Positions 56,065 through 64,000 of a stretch of DNA of 64,000 nt are shown here, piece after piece. The stretch lies in the IMG/VR virus record IMGVR_UViG_3300031949_000010. The stretch is one strand, 5' to 3'. Position numbers and translations under genes: made by a program. Below the pieces are notes generated by a model. It searched no databases and was not told the DNA's origin. It saw only the letters and a program-made list of their open reading frames with translations. Source of the DNA: a virus. The first letter of the stretch is position 1, and every line of letters starts with the position of its first letter.

Positions 56065-57700
56065 TCCCAGTAGGGCGTGCCGACCACGCTCGGCGTCCTC
56101 CCCTCCGCTCGGTCGACGGCCTCCTGCCGGTAGTCGTGGCTTGCGGGAATCTGGAGTCCCTGCTGATGGACGCTCTCAAGCCCCATCAACTCCGCCAGTT
56201 CCTTGAGCTCGGCTGCACGATTGGCCTCTCTTGCGGTCGGCACGTCGATGTCGATCCAACCCCACGCGGTGCCGCGGCCACCGCGCACGCTCCAGGATTT
56301 TCCGCTGCGGCGCTTCAGGGCCGCGCGGACCCTCGCTATCGTCTCGTCCCGTTCCATTTCCTTCCTCCAAGCGTGGCTCCGCGTTTTGCGCAGACTAGTC
56401 TCGCCTGCGCGACTGCTGTTTTCTTTGGGACCATCTCAATGAAGGTCACGACACAGCCGGACTCAAGTGTGACGCGAGTGGCTTTTCGGATTTTCCGCCC
56501 CGTAGGCGTTACGAGCCTGATGGTTTCCACTATGGCTTTGTGTGCCATCGTTCACCAATCTCCGGTTTCGCGAATGTAGCCTCTCTAGCCGCTGTAGTAA
56601 GCCTGGCTTGCGGCCGCAGCCAACTCGGAAGCTGTTATCTTATGATATTTGGGTGAGAGTTTGAGCTCGACGCCCCTCGCGATGCGGACGATTGCGCGCA
56701 CCTCGATGTCGCTCGTGGGGCCTCCGACCCAGGCACGGGCCACTCTCCAGACAGCCTTTTCTAGGGCCTTCTCACTTACCATCGTTCACCTTCCCGAAAT
56801 TACCATCCCGAGCGCGTCTACCTACGCAATTCCTCGCTCGAATGCCTCCTGAGAACTGGGCAGGATGGGAAGCTTCCTGAGCAGGTTGTAGATCCAGGAC
56901 TTCGCCCCCTCAACCCCACGCGCCATTACCGGGATGGGCTCTGGGGTTACGAGCTCGAATCCGCCGGCGCCGGGGTCCGCCTCGGTGACACTGACCACAC
57001 CCCAGTCCTCGGGCGTGCTCGGCCGGTAGTAAAGATAGGTGCGTTGATAGGAACCCGCCGCCTCTCTGGCCAGACGGGCGGCGAGACCCCACAAGACCCG
57101 GTCCATGAACTCGGTCTCGGACTCGTACTTCTTCTTCGGGGCGGTCTTCGCCATTCGCTCTCCGGCTAGTCGTGGGACGTCGCCACGATGTCCTTGTCGT
57201 CGATGGCTTCTTGCTCGATTTTGTAGCCGTCTCCTACGCGAAGTTTGCGGGGCTCGTCCGGGTCATAGTAGACATAAAAGACGACTTTGAAGTCCGTCTC
57301 CTCGGCTTTCTTCCTCGCAAGCTTGACCGCATCGCGATAGCTCAACGGTCGACCTCCCTACCGCTCCCGAGAATTGTAACGTCTTGGGCGTCGGTAAGTC
57401 ACGCGGATCGTGCTACGGTAAGCACCCATGGATGAAATGGGCGACACCGAGCATTCAATGCAGAAGCCTTCCTGCCGGCAGAGGGCGCAGTTGGCTTGCT
57501 GATATGACGGGCCATGCGCGTTCCCGCAGGGCGAGATCTTGACGTGGCAGTCCCGGCAGGCGAACACGCTTCACCGCACGAGAACGATCGTCCTTGAGGG
57601 GTGGTCGATGAAGCATTCGAACGTCGCCTGGATTTCCGAAACGGCCTCCTCAGGTGCAACGCAGATTTCGATGCCCGCAAAAAAGACGGCGTACATGCCC
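56061..57700 (-). other. Small early-type ORFs (56061-56357, 56336-56548, 56585-56782, 56822-57154 and shorter ones)
   Basis: Co-oriented, downstream of the promoter at 57723-57758. Confidence 0.55.
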
Positions 57701-57722
57701 ATATCGTACCCTCCTTCTCGCC

Positions 57723-57732
57723 ATCATACGAC
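57723..57732 (-). promoter_or_regulatory. -10 element gtcgTATGAT of a leftward promoter
   Basis: Reverse complement of atcatacgac; SD gaaggaggg follows. Confidence 0.6.
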
Positions 57733-57758
57733 GCGGATTGAAGGGTATCCTCTAATTT

Positions 57759-57780
57759 CGATCTTATTTATGGAAGATCG
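57759..57780. promoter_or_regulatory. Palindromic operator copy 4 (CGATCTT-N8-AAGATCG)
   Basis: Perfect 7-bp arms in an AT-rich divergent gap. Confidence 0.8.
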
Positions 57781-57879
57781 TCCATATTTTTTCGCTTTTA
57801 AGCGCGTTTTTATGTCCGATTTTTATGCCTATCTTCGCCTGAGTGGTTGAATGGGTGCGAAAATAATGGTGCATCGGGA

Positions 57880-58515
57880 ATGACCGAATGGAGGTGCCGC
57901 ATGGGCTGGAGAATGTACTTGATCGAGAGGACCGAGCAGTGCCGACGCTCGCTCCGCCGCTACTACAAGTCCGAGGGAAGGCCGTTCGACCCGAACCACT
58001 ATCATGACGAGACGGTCGTCATCGACCCTGAATTCCACTGTCCCGGGGACAGCAACGGCCGGTCCAGTCTCATCGGGGGATACGAGAACGACCCGCGCTG
58101 GCCGAAAGCGTGCGGCTGCGGCTATACCTTCCTGCCGGAGGACCATTGGCAAGTGAACGAGGAGCGGCTATGGAGGGGAGCTTTGGATGGAAAGCCCTAC
58201 GTCCTGCGGGAGCACCCGCCCGGAGCGACCTGGGCGGCGGACTGGTTTCCGGAGGAGGGCCCCAACGGCCACTATACTGGCCCCGACGGAAAGGTGTGGT
58301 GCGTCATGCTGCCATCAGGGATGGAGTGGATCATCTACGGCTACGCCTCTGGTCCCGAGCCTCGCCAGAAGTGGCGCGTCGATGGCGCTGTCCCGAAGAT
58401 CAGCGTCCAGCCGTCCATCAGCCAGGTCGGCAAGTACCATGGGCACATCCACGACGGAATCATCACCGAGGACGTCGATGGACGGAAATTCGAGGGAGTT
58501 CCGAGGACAGCATGA
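57880..58515 (+). CDS. Phage hypothetical protein (DPRWP..C.CGY.F; PSI...YHG)
   Basis: Lone + strand gene in the right arm; start uncertain (57847/57880/57901). Confidence 0.7.
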   Translation: MTEWRCRMGWRMYLIERTEQCRRSLRRYYKSEGRPFDPNHYHDETVVIDPEFHCPGDSNGRSSLIGGYENDPRWPKACGCGYTFLPEDHWQVNEERLWRGALDGKPYVLREHPPGATWAADWFPEEGPNGHYTGPDGKVWCVMLPSGMEWIIYGYASGPEPRQKWRVDGAVPKISVQPSISQVGKYHGHIHDGIITEDVDGRKFEGVPRTA

Positions 58516-58522
58516 CCTCCGA

Positions 58523-58774
58523 TCACGGGCCCTGCCTGGTCAAAAGGTACTGATCTAGGTCGCGCTGAAGTGCGCCCATCAACGCCCTGGGCCCGCGCGG
58601 GCCATGGGCGATGTCGCTTGCCAGGGAGGCGTGAAAGAGGGCCGGATCCGTGACGATGACGCCGGACGCGAGCATGAATGGTTGCGCCACAGGAGCCGAA
58701 AGCTTCTTGAATCCCGCGATGAGGGCGCGCTCTCGCGCCGTCCAAGTCGTCCGCAACTCCTTAGGTTCGGCCAT
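58523..58774 (-). CDS. Small hypothetical protein (83 aa)
   Basis: Start follows the upstream stop directly. Confidence 0.55.
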   Translation of the reverse strand: MAEPKELRTTWTARERALIAGFKKLSAPVAQPFMLASGVIVTDPALFHASLASDIAHGPRGPRALMGALQRDLDQYLLTRQGP

Positions 58775-58776
58775 GG

Positions 58777-59199
58777 CTACCAGAACGATCCGAAGGGGAT
58801 CCTGTAGGAGAAGGGGCCGTAGCCTGCCGGCTGGATAGGTTGCGGTGCGGGCGTGAACGGGATCATTGCAGAGCGGCGCTGGATGGGCGTTCGAAGCCAG
58901 GGCCGGGGCCCAAGCCCATGGAATCTTGCGGCCTTCCCCCTCATCTGGGCGTCGAGGCGAGCCTTCAGCCGCAGGTATTCCACGCCGGCGCGATCGAGCG
59001 ACTCGCCTGCCCTCCACATCCTGTAGAAGGCTTCGCTGATTCTCTGGTCGAGGACGTTCATGCCCTCGGCAGCAGGTTGAAGCCCGCTGATCCGGTCCAG
59101 AATCGTGTCGTAGAGCCTCGAGGCCTCGTCGAATTCGACCCAGGCCTGATTGATGGCGTCGATGGCGTCCCGGATCGAATCCTCAAGCGTCTTCGGCAT
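58777..59199 (-). CDS. Coiled-coil protein with Pro/Tyr/Phe tail (family B)
   Basis: SD gaggagg; ...QPAGYGPFSYRIPFGSFW. Confidence 0.7.
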   Translation of the reverse strand: MPKTLEDSIRDAIDAINQAWVEFDEASRLYDTILDRISGLQPAAEGMNVLDQRISEAFYRMWRAGESLDRAGVEYLRLKARLDAQMRGKAARFHGLGPRPWLRTPIQRRSAMIPFTPAPQPIQPAGYGPFSYRIPFGSFW

Positions 59200-59219
59200 G
59201 CCCTGTCCTCCTCGGCCGA

Positions 59220-59594
59220 CTATAACTGTACCAGCGGAGTCCGTCTTCCCATGAAGTAAACCCGGGCGGTTTTCCCGGATCTGGTGGGCCGACGGATTCC
59301 CTCCCTCCAGTGTATACGCTCCTCGGCCTGGAGCTCCGTGATTCTCGCGCTGGCCGCGGTGTACGGGATCCCGAGCGACTCCGAGGATTCCTGGCAAGTC
59401 GATCCCCTCTCTCCACGGCCCGCGATATGCCTCATCACGAGCTCCCGCTGCCTTGACCTCGTTTCCGGCGCTGTGGTCGCGAAGGCCTCCCGACTCGTCT
59501 CGGCTCCGCAATGCTTCCCAACGCAGATGTCCTTGTCAGGACGCATCTCCTTCCGAAACGGGGCACCTTGGAATAGGTCGAGTTGCCCTTCCAT
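59220..59594 (-). CDS. Phage winged-helix protein
   Basis: TS..A...GSTCQE...ASARITELQ...RRPTRSGKTARVY. Confidence 0.75.
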   Translation of the reverse strand: MEGQLDLFQGAPFRKEMRPDKDICVGKHCGAETSREAFATTAPETRSRQRELVMRHIAGRGERGSTCQESSESLGIPYTAASARITELQAEERIHWREGIRRPTRSGKTARVYFMGRRTPLVQL

Positions 59595-59812
59595 GCAGCC
59601 TCCTCTAATTCTGGCCGAGCTCGCTGGGGTGTGTGTAAGTCCAATAGACCCTGTGGGCCGACGTTTTCTCATGTTCCGCTGCGGCTTCCGGCGATAGCAC
59701 CACGACGCCGCACGCGTCGCATTTCCACGCGCCCCAACGCATCGGATCACCTTTCAGGGGAAACGACCAGCACGCTTTCCGGCAGTACCGGCCCGCAGCC
59801 CTACGGTCAGAC

Positions 59813-60388
59813 CTACTGCCCACGCTCCTCTTTGACGGCCTTATCCAAGGCTTTCGCAAAACGCTGGGCCATCGAAGGAGAGTGCTGAGTCAGCCACGCA
59901 AAGACAGCCTTGGAGTCAATGCCAGCTTTGATTAGCTCGATGACATCGGTTCTGTCCTTGTCGCGCGGAGACTTGAGTTTCAGGTAGATCAGCGCCTCCA
60001 CGGCGATGACCGGAATACCGCCCACGATGATCGGATTCTCAAGCGCCTCCGTCAGAAAGGTTTCGTCCGCAGAGATCGACAGAGAATCAACCGCAACGCC
60101 GCCGAACGAAATCGGTACTCCTTCGGCAAAGGTGACGAAGCCTCCGGGATGAGCGATAAAGGCTTCGTCGCCAACCAGGAAGTCGACATCCTTGCTCCAC
60201 CGTGGATAGCCCCATGCGCCGACCGCAAGGCCACCTACAAGCGCGTGACGGACGCCCGCTTTCCGGAGCGCCTCGGACGCGCCCAAGGTGGCTTCGTGAA
60301 TCTCCGGGCGGTTCACTTCAAAGACTGGGCCTAAGTCGGGGTACTCGGACGCCACGTGAAACCTCCTGACGGCGAATTGCCTCGGCAT
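59813..60388 (-). CDS. Pol-beta-superfamily nucleotidyltransferase (191 aa)
   Basis: ALVGGLAV.AWGYPR.SKDVDFLV; LKL...R.KD..D. Confidence 0.8.
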   Translation of the reverse strand: MPRQFAVRRFHVASEYPDLGPVFEVNRPEIHEATLGASEALRKAGVRHALVGGLAVGAWGYPRWSKDVDFLVGDEAFIAHPGGFVTFAEGVPISFGGVAVDSLSISADETFLTEALENPIIVGGIPVIAVEALIYLKLKSPRDKDRTDVIELIKAGIDSKAVFAWLTQHSPSMAQRFAKALDKAVKEERGQ

Positions 60389-60512
60389 ATCAACTCCTTT
60401 TGGCGTCCGTAATCCTCGCACGGCCGGCACGGGGCCGGGGGTGCTGGCCGATCACGATGTGATCCCGTGCGAGGATTGAGAACGCCAGAAATATGACATC
60501 GGCCAGCACAGA

Positions 60513-62111
60513 CTAAGTGTACTCCGTAGTCTTTCTAGGGTCAAGTTCACCGATCACCTCAAGCGCGTACGCGATTCTGCGGCCGCACGGGGTCATGAGA
60601 CGATAGACCGTCATCGGCCTTGAGATTTCAGACAGGTATCGCAGCCTGTCGGGCCTTCCCCTGGGAACCACGATCCTGATACCAACCCAAACCACCAAAC
60701 CGCTCCTGCCGTTCATGGTCTTTGCGTTCTATGCGTCCGGTGCTTTCGTCGGCTCGTTCCAAGCCTTCTGCCAGTCAGCGATCTTTCCCCACCAGGTCGT
60801 CAAATGCTCCAGGAGCTCGCGGGCACAGCTCTCACAGAGATGCGCGGCGAATGCCCCGGCTAGACGTTGGTCACGTTCTGAGAAGACCGGTACCTCGAAC
60901 TTGCTTCCAGGGGGAGAGGCATGCTCATGGGCCTGTCCGATCTTGGCCTCGCATCGGTCACAAAAGACGGTTAGCATAAGGTCCTCCTCACCGATCTCTC
61001 GTTTCGATCATTCGTCTTGAAGCTGACAGATCGACGTTCCCATGAGTTCGTCCCGGAGCTGCTCCCGCGCACGCACCACCATGGACACGCAGGTCTTGAA
61101 CAGCCGTTGGCTGTCCTTCGACTTCTCCGCGATGGGTACATGCGGGAAGAACTGCTGGAACAGGATGTAGGCGGCGTTGTGATCCCGCCTATTCCTCTCA
61201 CGTTCACGTTTTGTCATGGTTCCCTCATTCTTACCTTGATGCTCGCTTGCGAGCCACAGCCCCGCGAACCATCGCCCACGAGAAGAACGCCAGATCGACA
61301 GAGCAGGCTACCCCTTTGTGGCACGGCTGATGACAGACGCGGATTCCATCCTTGCCTTCTGTCCACCACCAATCGCCGATACCCTTGACCTCTGTCGGCT
61401 TCTGGTAGCCTGCTCGCAGTCCTCTTTTCTTCATACTGTGACCTTGCGCTGGCTGGTTCTGTGAAGCTCAAGGTCGGTGATTACGCCGGGCATCTCCCTC
61501 AGTAGTTCGGCGTGCTCGGCGCAGATGGCGATCCCGGCTGCCGTTGCTAACCGCCTACCCATCGGCGTATTAGGCCACGGGTCTACGGCGATGGGTTCCC
61601 CCGCAAACTGTGAGGCGACCCACAACCGTCCCCGCCCAGCGCGACCCAAGCGGCTCCGGTATTCGACCTGGAGGTAGTTCGGGAAAGACTCTGGTAGATG
61701 ATTCCCGATGGCCTCGCAATCCTCCTGCTCGGTCCACCAGATCAACGTCGGAATGATAACCACCTTTGCGTTTGTCATGCTCCCGCCTTCATCGTTCGGT
61801 TGTTAAGACTTTCCCATTTCGATGATCTTCTTTGCCTCGCTGGTTCCAACGAATCGGAGCAGACGGTCATACATCCTGTCCCACTCCTTGATCGTCATCT
61901 TCGTGGCCCGCTTCTCGGAGACTCTCTTCGCGGCGATGTAATGGACGAGGTTGTCCACCGACCTCAAATGCTCGACCATATCGTGCTCGGTTCCGTCGAT
62001 CCGTTCTTTCCTCACGGCGTAGTCCTTTCGCTGGAAACGTGCTTTCGGTCGCTGTGGACGCCCTGCTCCCTTGCGCAAGCGGGGCAGCAGTACCGGCACT
62101 CCTCGCACCAA
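60513..62111 (-). other. Small hypothetical ORFs (60513-60716, 60729-60977 CxxC, 61008-61217, 61231-61434, 61431-61778, 61803-62111)
   Basis: Co-oriented packed ORFs. Confidence 0.5.
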
Positions 62112-62188
62112 CTAACCTTGTGCCTACGGCAGATTTTCACCCTCGCCTTGTTGCACCAGTGGCAGGACTCCTTCACCGACGTCATGGA

Positions 62189-62542
62189 CTATGCCTTTCC
62201 AATTAACGTCATGAACTCCTCGTAACTCATCGACCCCTTCCGTTGGTTGCACCGCCAACAGGCTGGGACTAAATTGCTCTCCCCGCGTCTGCTTCCGCCT
62301 TTAGATATTGGGGTCTTGTGGTCACGAGTCGTCGCTGGTTCCCCGCAATAATGGCACAACCCAATCACTTTCGCGGCATCCTGGCACCCGGCCCTGTTCT
62401 GCTTTTCTCGGAAGCGATTGCACTTCGGGCACTCGCAGTTAGGCCACTCCGCGCAGGGATCCCGGCGAGTGACGGACCGGAAACTCCTACGAACCTGAGC
62501 CCTTCCGTCGTTTCTCATCGGACGCCCTGCGTTCCAGCTCAC
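62189..62542 (-). CDS. HNH endonuclease (McrA-like)
   Basis: CHYCG...TRDHKTPISKGG....NLVPACWRCNQRKG. Confidence 0.85.
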   Translation of the reverse strand: MSWNAGRPMRNDGRAQVRRSFRSVTRRDPCAEWPNCECPKCNRFREKQNRAGCQDAAKVIGLCHYCGEPATTRDHKTPISKGGSRRGESNLVPACWRCNQRKGSMSYEEFMTLIGKA

Positions 62543-63867
62543 GTTCTATCCTCCGGATGAACGGGCTTCCCAAATTCGCGCAATCGCAGCAACTTCTCCT
62601 CTTCGCAGATTGTGAACGCCTTCTGGCATCCGCGACATTGGACCTGGGCGACGAGCCGTTCCCCCTCCGGGCTGGCGATCTCCTTGTCCTCAACTGGAAT
62701 TTCACTCGTGCATAACGGGCAATACATCCGCGTTGGATGACTGGAACTCATCTTCCACGCCTCCACCTTGCGATCCGATGCCCAAAGAGGTTTCCGCAGG
62801 CAACGCAATCTCCACCGTGCCCATTTAGGCGAGTGCATTTGTAGTTCTCGCGCTGACGGAGGCACATATTGTTGCCAGCCTTGGCGCACACGCACTTGGG
62901 CCAATTCGTTGATTTCACGGTCAGACCTTCACCGTTTTCATTTCGGCTTCGAGTTCCCGAAGCCGCGCTTTTGCTGCAACCGCCCGCTCGACTCCACCGA
63001 CGTTGAACTGCATCGCCTTGAAGATGCGTTCGTTCACGGTGTCGGCGTCGAGAAGGCCGATCTTTGCGTCATAGACCATGCCCTCCAGCACATCGACCTC
63101 GACGCAGAAGTCGATTGCTGGATCTGGGTGCCAGTCGAATCTTCCAAGCTGTTCCATTTGTCAATCCCTCTTTAGCTCGTCTACGCCTCGACCTTCGTTT
63201 CCCGGCACTTCGCACATTCGTACATGGCCTTGTGGCTTATCAGAGCCACGGGCTGCCAGTCGTGTTCACACTCCTGCTTTTCGGTGTCTTCCGACTCGTC
63301 CAGCCTCCCGGCGCTCTTGAGAGCCTTTGCCACCTTGGCGACGACTTGCTCCTGCTCCTCCTCATCTCTAGGTTGAGGCTTGGTCGCCAGCCGCAACAGC
63401 GCGTAGAGGGCCTCGCGCAGTTCGACGACCTGAAGATTGAGGACTTCGATCCTCCGATCCCGCTCAAGGCACTTGTCGAGCGTCTCCCCTAACTTCTTCC
63501 GTGAATAGGCGAGATCCTCGCGGAGCTTGGCAACGTCATCCTTTGATTGAGCGTACCCAAGTCCGTCGCACCTCTCAGCCTCGAATCGGCTCTTATGCGT
63601 ATGCCCGCTGGCACAAATCATCGTCTATTCCTTCCGTGCCTCATCCAGCCGATCCTGAATTGCCGGATGCTTCGTGACCATCAGCCACAGAGCGAGGTCC
63701 ACGTCCGTCATTTCTTCCTTGTGCTCGTCGGATGCGTTGCGGAGCTCGCACCAGAGAATCCGCACCGCGTTGTTCAGGTTCGCCCGCCATCCATTCATGC
63801 CACGTTTACCTCTTCTGTGCTTTCGGGGCCTTATGGGGCGGGGCCTTTCGACCCCGCCCCTGCCCAC
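62539..63867 (-). other. Small ORFs 62539-62904 (CxxC..CxxC), 62921-63157, 63181-63621 (coiled coil, CxH/CxxC), 63625-63867
   Basis: ORF track plus packing. Confidence 0.55.
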
Positions 63868-63872
63868 TAAAA

Positions 63873-64000
63873 TCAGGCCACCTTGGTGAAGTCGAGATAG
63901 TATTCCTTCCCGACCTCAAAGAACTGCGTGTGCGTGCAGTCGAGCTTGAGAGTCCCGCTGGGCGTTGCCTCCCAGAAGGCTTTGTTCTCTTCGCTCCCGC
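63873..64000 (-). CDS. C-terminus of a phage hypothetical protein (partial)
   Basis: GSEENKAFWEATPSGTLKL...FEVGKEYYLDFTKVA*, a motif recalled from phage proteins. Confidence 0.7.
   Translation of the reverse strand, partial: GSEENKAFWEATPSGTLKLDCTHTQFFEVGKEYYLDFTKVA

Noticed and set aside
62189-62542. HNH as a terminase-associated nuclease marking a tailed-phage packaging module
   Set aside because: No terminase or portal is adjacent; it lies among small early-type ORFs.
1-64000. Genome-wide TGA-to-Trp recoding
   Set aside because: Many genes end in TGA with ATGA/GTGA coupling, and reading through TGA 689 gives implausible sequence; only two context-specific cases remain.
1-64000. CRISPR arrays, tRNA or rRNA genes, terminal repeats
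   Set aside because: No regularly spaced repeats, cloverleaf with T-loop consensus or matching window ends were seen by eye; tRNAscan and CRISPR tools were not run.

Overview
A GC-rich, gene-dense 64 kb segment of a large prokaryotic virus or virus-like element. It shows Shine-Dalgarno sites, ATGA/TGATG translational coupling and sigma70-like promoters. No rRNA, tRNA, CRISPR array or housekeeping genes were recognised. Genes run on + from 1 to ~45.8 kb and almost all on - from ~45.8 to 64 kb. Blocks: (1) 0.1-7.3 kb and 47.5-55.6 kb: putative virion genes, dominated by C-terminally membrane-anchored, Pro-rich or coiled-coil proteins, including a four-member paralog family and two proteins resembling a basic protein family recalled from Nucleocytoviricota (DUF5771-like). 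(2) 7.5-13.6 kb: three large beta-rich spike/fibre-like genes. (3) 14.2-34.3 kb and 55.6-64 kb: many small early-type ORFs plus a HerA/DUF87 ATPase, a tyrosine recombinase, an MmcB-like nuclease, a radical-SAM-like protein, wHTH regulators, an HNH nuclease and a nucleotidyltransferase. (4) 34.3-47.5 kb: a glycosylation island with an RfbF/RfbG/RfbC/RfbH/reductase set (CDP-3,6-dideoxyhexose type), GDP-fucose synthase, a methyltransferase and seven glycosyltransferase-like genes, with an eighth (GT9-GT2 fusion) at 4.9 kb. No terminase, portal, HK97 capsid, tail tube or double-jelly-roll capsid gene was recognised in the window. Notable non-coding or unannotated signals: a CGATCTT-N8-AAGATCG palindrome at four intergenic sites, ~30 bp upstream of a shared gtcgTATnnT -10 box at three of them; a recurrent (L/M)GQ leader motif in the virion-block proteins; and two in-frame GGC-TGA stops exactly after that motif. 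Family names are recalled from motif knowledge, not from database searches.
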